Shown: piece after piece, positions 8,892-17,097 of the stretch
Layout: every line of letters starts with the position of its first letter
Position numbering within the stretch: position 1 is the stretch's first letter
NCBI GenBank assembly: GCA_038230095.1
Contig: JBBRNT010000003.1
Location: 9,811-73,810 of the forward strand
Length of the DNA: 64,000 nucleotides
Origin: Candidatus Saccharimonadia bacterium
GTDB lineage: Bacteria; Patescibacteriota; Saccharimonadia; UBA4664; JBBRNT01
Direction: 5' to 3'
Position numbers and translations under genes: made by a program
Notes under the pieces: generated by a model
The model's input: the letters and a program-made list of their open reading frames with translations, nothing else
Databases searched by the model: none
Told to the model about the DNA's origin: nothing

Positions 8892-9022
8892 CCCCCAAGC
8901 ATGAGCAAGAGCTTCTGTTTGGGGGCTCTTCTTTTGGGGCGGGTGAAGACGCTATTGCTTGTAGTCTGGACAGAGAAGTTGTATGGTATATTATTCATCT
9001 GAGACCCGTGGAGGCGAAACTA

Positions 9023-9538
9023 ATGAATGTACCCGCAGAAGTAGCACTATCGATCAAGATCGGTGCAGATACGCCCATGGCCGTACGTGAGGCACTGACT
9101 GATCTGTTGCGCGCGTTGCGTGACTCGCCGGACGTGGCAGTTCTGGAGGCCCTACCGACGGTTCCAGAAACCCAATTCTTCGACCACGTAGACCTGTGCT
9201 CCTACTTTCAGTCACAGGGCAGCAATCGTAGCCAGGCACTGGACCAAGCACGCCGCATCCTCTCCAACCTTCTAGTGGTACCCACTGCGCGGTTGGCGAT
9301 GTGTGGGCAGTGCAAACAGTGGCACGGAGTATGTCGGTGCCATGGGCATAAATCCGCTGGTAGGTCGCAGCCAGAAGGCTGGGTATACGACTGGGCTTAC
9401 CGTTACTGCTGGCGCTACAGCGTGCCTGCAACTAAAGCATTGAGCGAGCTAGATCTACGGAACTTCTCCAAAGTGAGTCTAGAGCGACTTCGGGCATTCC
9501 TGGACCAGCTGCAGTGTGAGGCGGTGACAGCGGCATGA
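9023..9538 (+). CDS. hypothetical Cys-rich protein (171 aa)
   Basis: ATG 9023 with ggagg 8 nt upstream (maximal ORF from GTG 9008). Confidence 0.5.
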   Translation: MNVPAEVALSIKIGADTPMAVREALTDLLRALRDSPDVAVLEALPTVPETQFFDHVDLCSYFQSQGSNRSQALDQARRILSNLLVVPTARLAMCGQCKQWHGVCRCHGHKSAGRSQPEGWVYDWAYRYCWRYSVPATKALSELDLRNFSKVSLERLRAFLDQLQCEAVTAA

Positions 9539-9732
9539 TGTCCGAACTGCCTCAGACAATGAAGTGTGGTGGCTGCGACACGCAGTTACCTACGGGGGAC
9601 GCTGCAGCGTTCCAGTCACATCTGGATACAGACCACCCCAGTGCACTGGTGCGCGGCTTGCTTAGGAGTGGCTTTGTCCAAACGCGGCATGGCCAGCCCT
9701 GGACCCTGCCCGGAATCTACCCAGCCCCCTAG
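9535..9732 (+). CDS. small C2H2-like zinc-finger protein (CGGC...H-x4-HP), paralogue of 8658-8891
   Basis: ATGATG overlap with upstream stop; shared motif A-x-Q-x2-H-x3-(C/D)-HP. Confidence 0.5.
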   Translation: MMSELPQTMKCGGCDTQLPTGDAAAFQSHLDTDHPSALVRGLLRSGFVQTRHGQPWTLPGIYPAP

Positions 9733-9895
9733 TAAGAGCGAAAGCTCCCGCTTGGGGGCTTTCTTATGTAGCGGCACCGATGAGGGGTGTCGACAGAAGC
9801 CCTTACGCTTGCAATTCTCGGTGTGCCGTTGCACCATATATCAGTTCAAATGCGTTTGCTGGTGCGCCTCACTAGCCGTACCCAAGGAGAGCACC

Positions 9896-10546
9896 ATGCT
9901 TTCAGATGCCGAGACGGCAAAATTCTCAACCCAGGTGCCGGCGCGAGCTGTTCTGGGTCTGCTGTACAAGTTCACACCGCCAGAGTCGGCGTACAACGAT
10001 ACCATCCGGTTGGTGAAGTTCCTGACTGGTCTGGACGAGCTGCCCGATGATTTGTTTGAGCTCTTTCAGTACGAAGACGCGGAGGTAGACAGGCATCCTC
10101 TCTTGAGGGCCTGTGTAGCGGAGATCCAGCAGCAGCTGGATGAGGACTTCCGAAGAGTAGAGATGCCACGGTCCATCAGTAGCGGTACCAGCGAGGCCTG
10201 GCTGACCTACCAGCTGACGCAGTGTGAGGAAGCGTATGAAGTTATTCCCATGCTGGTCCCTGGTGCGGTCTACGAGCTGTCTGGGCCGACCAACCTGGGC
10301 GTGTCGCCACCGCGCTATGAGCTGGTTGGTCTGGCGCACTACATGACAGACGGAAAGAAGCGGGATGGCACGAAGGTGGTCTGCAGAACCCTGTCTCTCG
10401 GCAGCCTGCTGATCTGGTCGCTGGATGATTTTCTGGGAGAAGTAGCCCCCGTGGTAGACCAGCTGACGAGGGCCCAGAGCGATCCGGCGGCAGATTGGGG
10501 ACCGGTGCGCCGGTTCCACTACATGCTTGAGCAGCCTCGCCACTAA
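9896..10546 (+). CDS. hypothetical protein (216 aa)
   Basis: ATG 9896 with aaggaga RBS; the longer ORF from 9566 overlaps the previous gene and lacks an RBS. Confidence 0.5.
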   Translation: MLSDAETAKFSTQVPARAVLGLLYKFTPPESAYNDTIRLVKFLTGLDELPDDLFELFQYEDAEVDRHPLLRACVAEIQQQLDEDFRRVEMPRSISSGTSEAWLTYQLTQCEEAYEVIPMLVPGAVYELSGPTNLGVSPPRYELVGLAHYMTDGKKRDGTKVVCRTLSLGSLLIWSLDDFLGEVAPVVDQLTRAQSDPAADWGPVRRFHYMLEQPRH

Positions 10547-10561
10547 GCCAGATGTTCTGGT

Positions 10562-10589
10562 AGCGCCCCATGAAAATGGGGCGCTTTTC
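10562..10589 (+). terminator. rho-independent terminator (agcgccccat-gaaa-atggggcgct + TTTTC)
   Basis: 10-bp stem, GNRA loop. Confidence 0.8.
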
Positions 10590-10593
10590 AATT

Positions 10594-10642
10594 GATAAAA
10601 ACCCGCCCCAGGGTACAGAAAGAATCTGTGAACTGGGGCGGG
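10594..10642 (-). terminator. hairpin (cccgcccca...tggggcggg) with A-run on plus strand = T-run for the minus-strand gene
   Basis: 9-bp stem, 23-nt loop. Confidence 0.5.
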
Positions 10643-10668
10643 AGGGGAGAGGAGAGGAGAGGAGAGGC
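10641..10668. repeat. GA-rich simple repeat (GAGAG/GAGGA units x5)
   Basis: gggaggggagaggagaggagaggagagg between convergent genes. Confidence 0.6.
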
Positions 10669-11226
10669 CTACCAGACCTTGCCAGGGAGCCAGTAGTTGA
10701 GCCAAGGCCAGAGCTCATTCCAGCGATTCTCCGAGATGTGGAGCGTGGTATTGAGTCCAGGTAGCCCAAGGCCGGTGGAGGTCTCAATGAGCGCCACATT
10801 GGCTTGCTCACGGATGACCAGTACATTGGAGGTATTCCAGGTGGCCTGGTGCACCCAGCGGTGGCTGGCGGCGTCTCGGAACAGGAGACCACCATAGTGG
10901 TCGTGGTCGCGGAGGCAAGGAATGAAGAAGACCAGCCCGCGCTCTAGCGCGATCAGGACGCCAAGAAACTCCTCATGGCCGCTATCACGCCAGTGGGTGG
11001 GGGTGCGGGCTGCGAAGCCGCCTGTGTGGCCATAGAGCACGACACTACTGCGGCCGGACGATTGCGGACTACTTCTAGCCGAGAGGTGGAAGTGCTCAGC
11101 CAGGAAGAGTATGGCTTGGTGAGCCCACTGCAGGTGGTGATCATGGTTCTCGGCGCAGTGTTCGAGCTCCTCGTTACGCAGTGCGAGCAGGGCTTCGTGG
11201 ACGCCGGTGAGATTGAGTTTGGGCAT
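10669..11226 (-). CDS. hypothetical His-rich protein (185 aa; HDHH..WAHQ motif, possibly a DinB/YfiT-like metal-binding bundle)
   Basis: Start set at ATG 11224-11226 (MPKLNL...), which has a perfect ggagg RBS 6 nt upstream; the longer ORF to 11262 lacks one. Confidence 0.5.
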   Translation of the reverse strand: MPKLNLTGVHEALLALRNEELEHCAENHDHHLQWAHQAILFLAEHFHLSARSSPQSSGRSSVVLYGHTGGFAARTPTHWRDSGHEEFLGVLIALERGLVFFIPCLRDHDHYGGLLFRDAASHRWVHQATWNTSNVLVIREQANVALIETSTGLGLPGLNTTLHISENRWNELWPWLNYWLPGKVW

Positions 11227-11440
11227 GGTAGCCTCCAGGTGGTCTGAAAGAGCGGGAAACAAAAAACGGTCAGGGCCGCTGGGACAGAGTATAGACGAAT
11301 GTGCGGAAATGAAAAGCTGGCTCTCCTGGGAAGCATTGAATACACAATTTATATTAGTCCTAGTACCGGATAATTCTTGATCGAAGGTGGATTACGGCGT
11401 ATAACAGCTAGTGTTCGTGTACCGAGAGAAAGTTGACAGT

Positions 11441-11902
11441 ATGATCATCCTCTTGTTCGACGGGCAGGTCGGAAGCAATCTCCGCTCTGTTGTAATGAAC
11501 GCCCACCCGGCGGGGTCCACGGTCTACTTCGCCCACAGCATGACCGACGCCCGGAATAGCTACATCCAGCTTTATCACAAGCCCAACCTGGTGATTGCGC
11601 ACAGCTCTGTGGAGGCAATGAGTGCACTGGCACAGGGCCTGCGCCAGGATGGCTGCCAGTGTCCCATTCTGGCGCTGGCCGATGATCCTGAAGCTGGCGT
11701 GGGGCTACGAGCGAGCAGTTGTAGCCTTGTGGTGTCCATGGTGGCCTTTATCATGTACTCGTCTCGGTTCTTACGACTGTTTAGGCCGGACCAGACTGTG
11801 GACGACGAGCTTGCCAACAGCCTGTTTTTGCTCAAGATGGATGAAGAGGGTGTGCTGTCGCTGCCCGCGATTGTGAGCCTGCCCCCTACCGTAGGTGAGT
11901 GA
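11441..11902 (+). CDS. hypothetical protein (153 aa)
   Basis: ATG 11441 (MIILLFDGQ...); maximal ORF from 11411. Confidence 0.45.
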   Translation: MIILLFDGQVGSNLRSVVMNAHPAGSTVYFAHSMTDARNSYIQLYHKPNLVIAHSSVEAMSALAQGLRQDGCQCPILALADDPEAGVGLRASSCSLVVSMVAFIMYSSRFLRLFRPDQTVDDELANSLFLLKMDEEGVLSLPAIVSLPPTVGE

Positions 11903-12112
11903 TGGTGCCATAGGGCTGTGCGTCTCTGCGATAGGCATCCTAGGCTTCGTGTTTGCCAAGCTGTCGCTGCCTTCGGTCAAGGTGTCGGTAGTACTGTCGG
12001 CAGTAGGTCTGGGGTGGCGGTATACCACTTGAATTAGATGTGCCAGACGGCCTAGGACAATTGTTCTGGGCCGTTTTACAATCGGGGTGTCGAGGCAAGG
12101 TATACTAGGACT

Positions 12113-12592
12113 ATGAAATATACTCGGTTGCTGGACAATACATTTGAGCTAAGCCTAATTCTAAAGGGGATTGATGGTGTGCTGGAGCTCGTAGGTGCCG
12201 TGCTGCTCGTGGCATTGCCACCTAGTACTATTAGCAGTGTCGCAAGGTTCGTAACCGAGCACGAGCTGTCGCGTGACTCTCGTGACTGGGTTTCGAGGCA
12301 TATTGTTAGTTTGGCACACCACTTGGCTAGTGGGACAAATTGGTTTGGGTTTGCCTACTTACTATCGCACGGTGTGGTTAAGCTGGTGCTAGTGGTTGCG
12401 CTCCTGCGACACCGGCTCTGGGCCTACCCGTGGATGATGGGTTTTATTGGTATTTTTACGTTGTATCAGGTCTATCGTTTGGGTTATTCCTTCTCTATTG
12501 GGCTATTTGTCCTGACACTTTTTGATCTATTTATTATCTGGCTGACCTGGCTTGAGTATCGAAAGGCTCATGGCTCAGGAGCCGCCGCCTAG
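12113..12592 (+). CDS. DUF2127-like small membrane protein
   Basis: 159 aa, 4 TM helices, tatact -10 at 12099-12104. Confidence 0.55.
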   Translation: MKYTRLLDNTFELSLILKGIDGVLELVGAVLLVALPPSTISSVARFVTEHELSRDSRDWVSRHIVSLAHHLASGTNWFGFAYLLSHGVVKLVLVVALLRHRLWAYPWMMGFIGIFTLYQVYRLGYSFSIGLFVLTLFDLFIIWLTWLEYRKAHGSGAAA

Positions 12593-12793
12593 CTACAGGA
12601 CATTCTGTACCCCAGGTACTAATTTGCCAAATAAAAAGCCCCGTGAAGTACGGGGTGGGGCAGGCGGCTTGGGCGGTGGATGAGATGGAGAGGGTAGGCG
12701 GGATACGTCGGGCAGGAGTGAGCTGAGTGTTTCGGTGAACCACGCACGCTGCGGATGGGATAGGCAGTGTGCGTGGTTCACGCGATGTGGTGG

Positions 12794-12907
12794 CTACTTG
12801 CGCTTGGTGTCGTGCGTCTTGCCGGTCTGACGCTTGGCCGGCTTGGGGGTAGCGCGCGTCGCGCTCTTGGCCTTGGCCTGCTTACTTTTGTTGCTGGGTG
12901 TGCCCAC
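12794..12907 (-). CDS. possible small basic protein (37 aa, MGTPSNKSKQAKAKSATRATPKPAKRQTGKTHDTKRK), GTG start
   Basis: gaggag RBS 5 nt before GTG; not in the ORF track (below 60 aa); 13-bp inverted repeat 12735-12784 downstream. Confidence 0.2.
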   Translation of the reverse strand: MGTPSNKSKQAKAKSATRATPKPAKRQTGKTHDTKRK

Positions 12908-13182
12908 GATGACTCCTCGGTCTCGAGATTGGATGGCTGGACGGGTCTATTATTGGGGCGCAGCTAGGAATTGTCAATTCGAGAAAGTGTTGCGGGGAAA
13001 TGAGCGAGATCTAGGCTGGCAATGCTCATGCTGGCACCGCAGCCAGAAAGTGACCAGAAAAGGGCGGATCTCATAGCGGGATTGTAGCTCGACAATACAG
13101 CTCTGGCCACGGGCCCGTGAAGCGGCTGGTATTCTGGAGCTCCTGGCCAGAATTGATATGGCCTTGCAACTGTTTGGCCATA

Positions 13183-13212
13183 GGGTCTCGACGTAGTGTC
13201 GAGACCCTTTTC
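13183..13212 (+). terminator. orphan rho-independent terminator (gggtctcgac-gtagt-gtcgagaccc + TTTTC)
   Basis: Perfect 10-bp stem; no convincing CDS upstream on this strand. Confidence 0.6.
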
Positions 13213-13273
13213 TATTGCATCATAGCCCACTGTGCCTAGACTCCTGTTGCGGTAATGCTATAATACTTGTTAT

Positions 13274-13729
13274 ATGGAGCAACAACGTCAACGTCGCAGC
13301 ATGAGCGACATTCGCCCAGCTCGTCCGATGGACACTATTGTCCGTCCGTCAGCTAAAGCCCGCCCGGCTATGCCGGTTGCTATGCCCGTACCCGCGGTAG
13401 CACCGGCCGTGTCAGAGCCAGTGTACTCCGAGCCTGCCCGCGTAGCAGCTAAGCCGTCGCGTGCTCAGCGCAAGCAAGAGAAGAAGGCCGAGAAGCTATC
13501 TTTGAAGCAGGCTCGTGCCGGACACAGCGACGGCCAGTTTCTGGATAGCGTAGAGCTGCCCCCAGCGCCAGTGGCTATGCCTGCCGAAGATGCGCAAACT
13601 CTGCTAGCTCCTGCCCCCCGCAAACGCAAGAAGAGCCCAGCTATAGCCATTGTTTTGCTCATTCTTATCCCACTGATTGCGGCAGCCGTGGCCTACTACC
13701 TGTTCTTCCTCCGAGTAGTCCCCAGCTAG
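13274..13729 (+). CDS. Pro/Ala-rich low-complexity protein with C-terminal TM anchor (151 aa)
   Basis: tgcTATAAT extended -10 at 13250-13258; C-terminal AIAIVLLILIPLIAAAVAYYLFFL helix. Confidence 0.5.
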   Translation: MEQQRQRRSMSDIRPARPMDTIVRPSAKARPAMPVAMPVPAVAPAVSEPVYSEPARVAAKPSRAQRKQEKKAEKLSLKQARAGHSDGQFLDSVELPPAPVAMPAEDAQTLLAPAPRKRKKSPAIAIVLLILIPLIAAAVAYYLFFLRVVPS

Positions 13730-13853
13730 TCCTTCAACCATTAGCACAAAGCTACAAAACTAGCTGAGGCTGGGTTGCCTAGTTTGTAATATCGGCTAAT
13801 GTTCCTGCTGGCCTGCGGTCGTATAGTGAGCCTAAGTAACGAGGACATCACTA

Positions 13854-14033
13854 ATGGCCCAGTCACGAATGAACAAAATAAAAGCCCTGCACGGCATGGC
13901 CAACGACACTTCATCTGGAGTTTTCTGGATGAGCCTGGAAGAGGCAAAACTGGCAATCGGGGACAAGTACGAGTTCTTGGCTGATCGCTATGAGCGTCGT
14001 TACCAAAAGCCTGTTGTTAAGCGTAAAGCCTAG
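13854..14033 (+). CDS. small hypothetical protein (59 aa)
   Basis: gagga RBS 9 nt upstream of ATG; followed by the terminator at 14060-14092. Confidence 0.35.
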   Translation: MAQSRMNKIKALHGMANDTSSGVFWMSLEEAKLAIGDKYEFLADRYERRYQKPVVKRKA

Positions 14034-14059
14034 CCACACAGCACAACCACAAGTACGGT

Positions 14060-14092
14060 CAAAAGCCCCCTAGCCGCGGGGTTTTTGAATTT
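14060..14092 (+). terminator. rho-independent terminator (aaaagcccc...ggggttttt)
   Basis: G/C stem flanked by A- and T-tracts. Confidence 0.6.
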
Positions 14093-14156
14093 TTGTCAGC
14101 CCACCTGTTACGGTTATGGCTTGACAAGGCAAAACTGGCATAGTATTGTGACTGCC

Positions 14157-14249
14157 ATGAATCGTCCTACTACAACAAGCTGTCCCAAGCATTGGTTTAC
14201 CTACTTTATGCATGCCAAGAGGCAGGCCAGTTTGTTGTTGTCGCAGTAA
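14157..14249 (+). CDS. candidate leaderless micro-ORF (30 aa, MNRPTTTSCPKHWFTYFMHAKRQASLLLSQ) or small RNA
   Basis: TTGACA (14121-14126) -17- TATTGT puts the transcription start at the ATG; strong terminator 14275-14304. Confidence 0.2.
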   Translation: MNRPTTTSCPKHWFTYFMHAKRQASLLLSQ

Positions 14250-14274
14250 CGTCCTAGACAATTTCGAAACCCCT

Positions 14275-14304
14275 AGACCTCTCGGCAGCGAGAGGTCTTT
14301 TTTG
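14275..14304 (+). terminator. rho-independent terminator (agacctctcg-gcagc-gagaggtct + T6)
   Basis: Perfect 10-bp stem + TTTTTT. Confidence 0.8.
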
Positions 14305-14331
14305 TAATAGTAAATAATAAGGAAATACGCC

Positions 14332-14784
14332 ATGACCACCCCTAGTCAGAGTAAACCAACAAAGATAATTGTTTTTGATTTCAACCGTACCCTGTATGAC
14401 CCAGAGGGACATCAGCTGTTTCCTGGTGCCCGCCAGCTGCTTGATCTGGCTGCAGAGCGGGGATACCGGCTAGTCTTGCTCAGCCAGGCGGTGGCCAGCC
14501 GGGCGGAGTTAATCCGCGAGCTAGGACTGGCTAGATACTTTGTGGAGATCCAGCTGGTGGAGCGTAAGGGGATGCAGCTGATAGCTGGCATTACCGAACG
14601 GTACCGGCCCAATCTAACACAGAGCTATGTGGTGGGTGACCGCGCGCTGGGTGAGGTCCGGCTGGGCTACCAGGCGGGTTGGCAGACTATCTGGCTGAAA
14701 GCCGGTCGATTTGCCGATGAGCTCCCAGGGTTTAGCCCAACGCATACGGTCACAAGCCTGTCCGACATTGAAAACCTAATCTAA
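14332..14784 (+). CDS. HAD-superfamily hydrolase
   Basis: Motif I FDFNRT (DxN variant), motif IV VGDR; 150 aa. Confidence 0.7.
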   Translation: MTTPSQSKPTKIIVFDFNRTLYDPEGHQLFPGARQLLDLAAERGYRLVLLSQAVASRAELIRELGLARYFVEIQLVERKGMQLIAGITERYRPNLTQSYVVGDRALGEVRLGYQAGWQTIWLKAGRFADELPGFSPTHTVTSLSDIENLI

Positions 14785-14874
14785 GGCCTCCGCTGTGTTT
14801 CATGGCCACCAGCCGGCAGTATTACTGCAGTAGCTGCCGGCAACCGCCATGAAACCACAACCAAAGGGGTAGAA

Positions 14875-16146
14875 GTGACTACATACCAGGAACTAGAGGC
14901 CATTGTCTATGAGACAGGACTCTGGCATGGGGGCCGTCGTGATAGCCACGGCTTCGTACTGTCGCCAGAAGCGTTCGAACTGCCCGCTGCCGATGTGGGC
15001 GAGCTGGATGCTCTGGCCAAGTCCGTCCACAACTGCCTGCTTGGCGTAAGCCGACTTATGGCAATAGCGGCCAATTCGGCGCTGCACGGCTCAAGCGATG
15101 GCTATAGCCAGCTCTACAGGGCACTTACGAAGGGCTCGGCTTACAAGCTGCCGACGGTGCGTCCGGCTAATATCCCCCTGCTCGCCAAGGTGGATCTCAT
15201 GGTAGACCGGCATGGCTGCTACAAGATTGCCGAAATTGATGCAACCAATCCACGGAGCCTCGGGTACTCTGTTCTGGGGCGCAAGCTAGTAAGCCACCTA
15301 ATGCCCAGTAGCCGGCAGCTTCCGGGGGTAGTGGAGTATCTGGCCAACCACCTGCATAGCCAGAAGACGACGGAGATTACCTTCCTGTATGGTGACACTC
15401 AGCGGTTCTATGAGCCCGAGTTTCGAATTCTGGCGCAAGCATTGGCGCTTTGCGGTATTGCCATGAAGGTCATAAACGAGACAGAGGTGGCCGTGAGGGA
15501 CGGTGTTGCGGTGGTGCGCCGTACAGGTGAGCCACTACCGGGCTGGTATATGGATCTGCCACTAATGAACAAGAACCCCGAGTTGATTAAGTGGTTACGG
15601 GAAATGGCCAGCCAATCAGCTATCCAATTCGTAGTACCCCCAAAGCACTTCCTGAGTTCCAAGGCACTACTCGCCATGCTCAGCAACCCGGGAGGTGATC
15701 GGCGACTTGAGGCGTTGCTCGAAACCCAGATTGCAGAAAGTGATCTAGGGCGGGTACGGCAAGCGCTGCCGACAACCTGGCTCATGCATCCGGGGGTGGG
15801 TGAGATAGCGCTCTCGCCTTCGGGGCACGTACTGAAGAGAGTGGTGGCGTCGGGCATGAAGGGTGTGTGGCTCGCCGGTGACCCCGGTTTTGACGAGGCG
15901 CTTCAGGCTTCGACAACCAAGGCCGAGGAGGGGAACTACGTGCTTCAAGCTCGAGTCCTGGGCCGGGAGCTGGCCTGGACTACGCTGTCCGCGCCTGCAC
16001 AAGCCGAACGCCACGCCGACTACCAGTTGCGTCTGACGGCCTATTGCACCCGAGAGGGGCTGAAGGACCTGGCGGTGACAGCCTGTCGAGGTCCCCGAGT
16101 ACACGGCGGTAAGGCTGCCATCCTGACGGGTACGGTGATTGTGTAG
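14875..16146 (+). CDS. hypothetical protein, possibly ATP-grasp / glutathionylspermidine-synthase-like ligase
   Basis: 423 aa, GTG start with aagggg RBS; fold assignment from weak motif resemblance only (KVDLMVDRHG..KIAEIDATNP). Confidence 0.45.
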   Translation: MTTYQELEAIVYETGLWHGGRRDSHGFVLSPEAFELPAADVGELDALAKSVHNCLLGVSRLMAIAANSALHGSSDGYSQLYRALTKGSAYKLPTVRPANIPLLAKVDLMVDRHGCYKIAEIDATNPRSLGYSVLGRKLVSHLMPSSRQLPGVVEYLANHLHSQKTTEITFLYGDTQRFYEPEFRILAQALALCGIAMKVINETEVAVRDGVAVVRRTGEPLPGWYMDLPLMNKNPELIKWLREMASQSAIQFVVPPKHFLSSKALLAMLSNPGGDRRLEALLETQIAESDLGRVRQALPTTWLMHPGVGEIALSPSGHVLKRVVASGMKGVWLAGDPGFDEALQASTTKAEEGNYVLQARVLGRELAWTTLSAPAQAERHADYQLRLTAYCTREGLKDLAVTACRGPRVHGGKAAILTGTVIV

Positions 16147-16243
16147 AATTTTGACCCCGACTGGGCGCTTGCCTAGTCGGGGTTTTACCTGTAGCTGGAT
16201 TGAACATGCATAGTGCGGTAAAATCAGAGTCGTCGATCGTATC

Positions 16244-16319
16244 CGCCGATGTAGCTCAGTTGGTAGAGCAGTGCTTTCGTAAAGCAAAGGTCAGCGGTTC
16301 AACTCCGCTCATCGGCTCC
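16244..16319 (+). tRNA. tRNA-Thr (anticodon CGT), CCA encoded
   Basis: gccgatg acceptor, D-arm gtagctcagttggtagagc, anticodon loop ttCGTaa, T-arm agcgg-ttcaact-ccgct. Confidence 0.9.
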
Positions 16320-16393
16320 AGCGGGTATAGTTTAGTGGTAGAACGCGACCTTCCCAAGGTTGAGATGCGGGTCCGATTCCCGCTACCCGCTCC
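16320..16393 (+). tRNA. tRNA-Gly (anticodon CCC), CCA encoded
   Basis: gcgggta acceptor, anticodon loop ttCCCaa, T-arm gcggg-tccgatt-cccgc; abuts tRNA-Thr with no spacer. Confidence 0.9.
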
Positions 16394-16431
16394 AAAACAA
16401 ATGGCTCACCTCCGGGTGAGCCATTTGTTTT
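16394..16431 (+). terminator. rho-independent terminator (aaacaaatggctcacc-tccg-ggtgagccatttgttt)
   Basis: 16-bp stem with T-run. Confidence 0.85.
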
Positions 16432-16683
16432 GGTAAGACTTATGAATTGTGGATATTTGACCGCTTTATTCATGACTTTGGAATTAACGTGATTAAAATA
16501 TGTAGATATATTTCTGGCATTATGGGCGGCGTAGTCAGATGCCATTATATGAAACACTGCGGTGCTAAACCTGTTGAGACTGAACACATGGATTGTTCGA
16601 GTAACCTATTTTGACAATTGAGGCCTGTAAAGCACTCACTGGTGCTGGGTGCGCTGGCATTACCCAGCAGGAATGCGCCGTTC

Positions 16684-16692
16684 TGGTATAAT
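16684..16692 (+). promoter_or_regulatory. extended -10 promoter cTGGTATAAT, leaderless transcript
   Basis: -10 ends 6 nt before ATG 16699. Confidence 0.5.
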
Positions 16693-16698
16693 AAGTGC

Positions 16699-17097
16699 AT
16701 GAAGCGCTTATCGCTCGCCACTTGGCGCCACAATCTAGGCGGAGGGTTTACCAGGCTGTTTAAACAACGGCTATTTAGTGACCGGCTGTCCCTCGGGGTG
16801 CTTGTCTCTAGCACTGTGCTAGTAGCGGTGAATATTGTAATCCTAGCCGCCAAGGTCCACCCCACCGACTACCAGGTGCCAGTCCAGTACAGTAGCCTCT
16901 CTGGCTCTGTGCTTGGCTCCTGGTATGAGCTCTATAAGATTGGTATTTTCAGTTTTGTCATATTGGTGGCCAATACGTTGCTGGCGCTGAAGAGCTTTAG
17001 TCGTAGCCGCATTACCAGCTTTTTTCTTCTGGGGAGTACGTTTGTGGTAAATCTACTATGCCTCTGCATAAGCCTGGCCTTCGCGAGGTACCTGTAA
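16699..17097 (+). CDS. hypothetical membrane protein (133 aa)
   Basis: ATG 16699 directly downstream of -10; TAAATG overlap with the GT2 gene. Confidence 0.5.
   Translation: MKRLSLATWRHNLGGGFTRLFKQRLFSDRLSLGVLVSSTVLVAVNIVILAAKVHPTDYQVPVQYSSLSGSVLGSWYELYKIGIFSFVILVANTLLALKSFSRSRITSFFLLGSTFVVNLLCLCISLAFARYL

Noticed and set aside
10641-10668. Phase-variable simple-sequence repeat (GAGAG units)
   Set aside because: It lies between two convergent gene ends, not in a promoter or reading frame, so slippage would not switch any gene.
8390-10705. Long antisense ORFs (e.g. 8390-8815 minus, 9926-10705 minus, 10242-10895 minus) and other opposite-strand ORFs throughout the track
   Set aside because: They are typical shadow ORFs of a GC-rich coding strand. 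They lack RBS or start context, have Arg/Pro/Ser-rich low-complexity translations, and overlap well-supported genes.
12834-13076. 80-aa plus-strand ORF as the gene terminated by the 13183 terminator
   Set aside because: Leu/Ala-rich low-complexity translation, no RBS, and it overlaps a minus-strand ORF of equal quality. Evidence is insufficient to call either.
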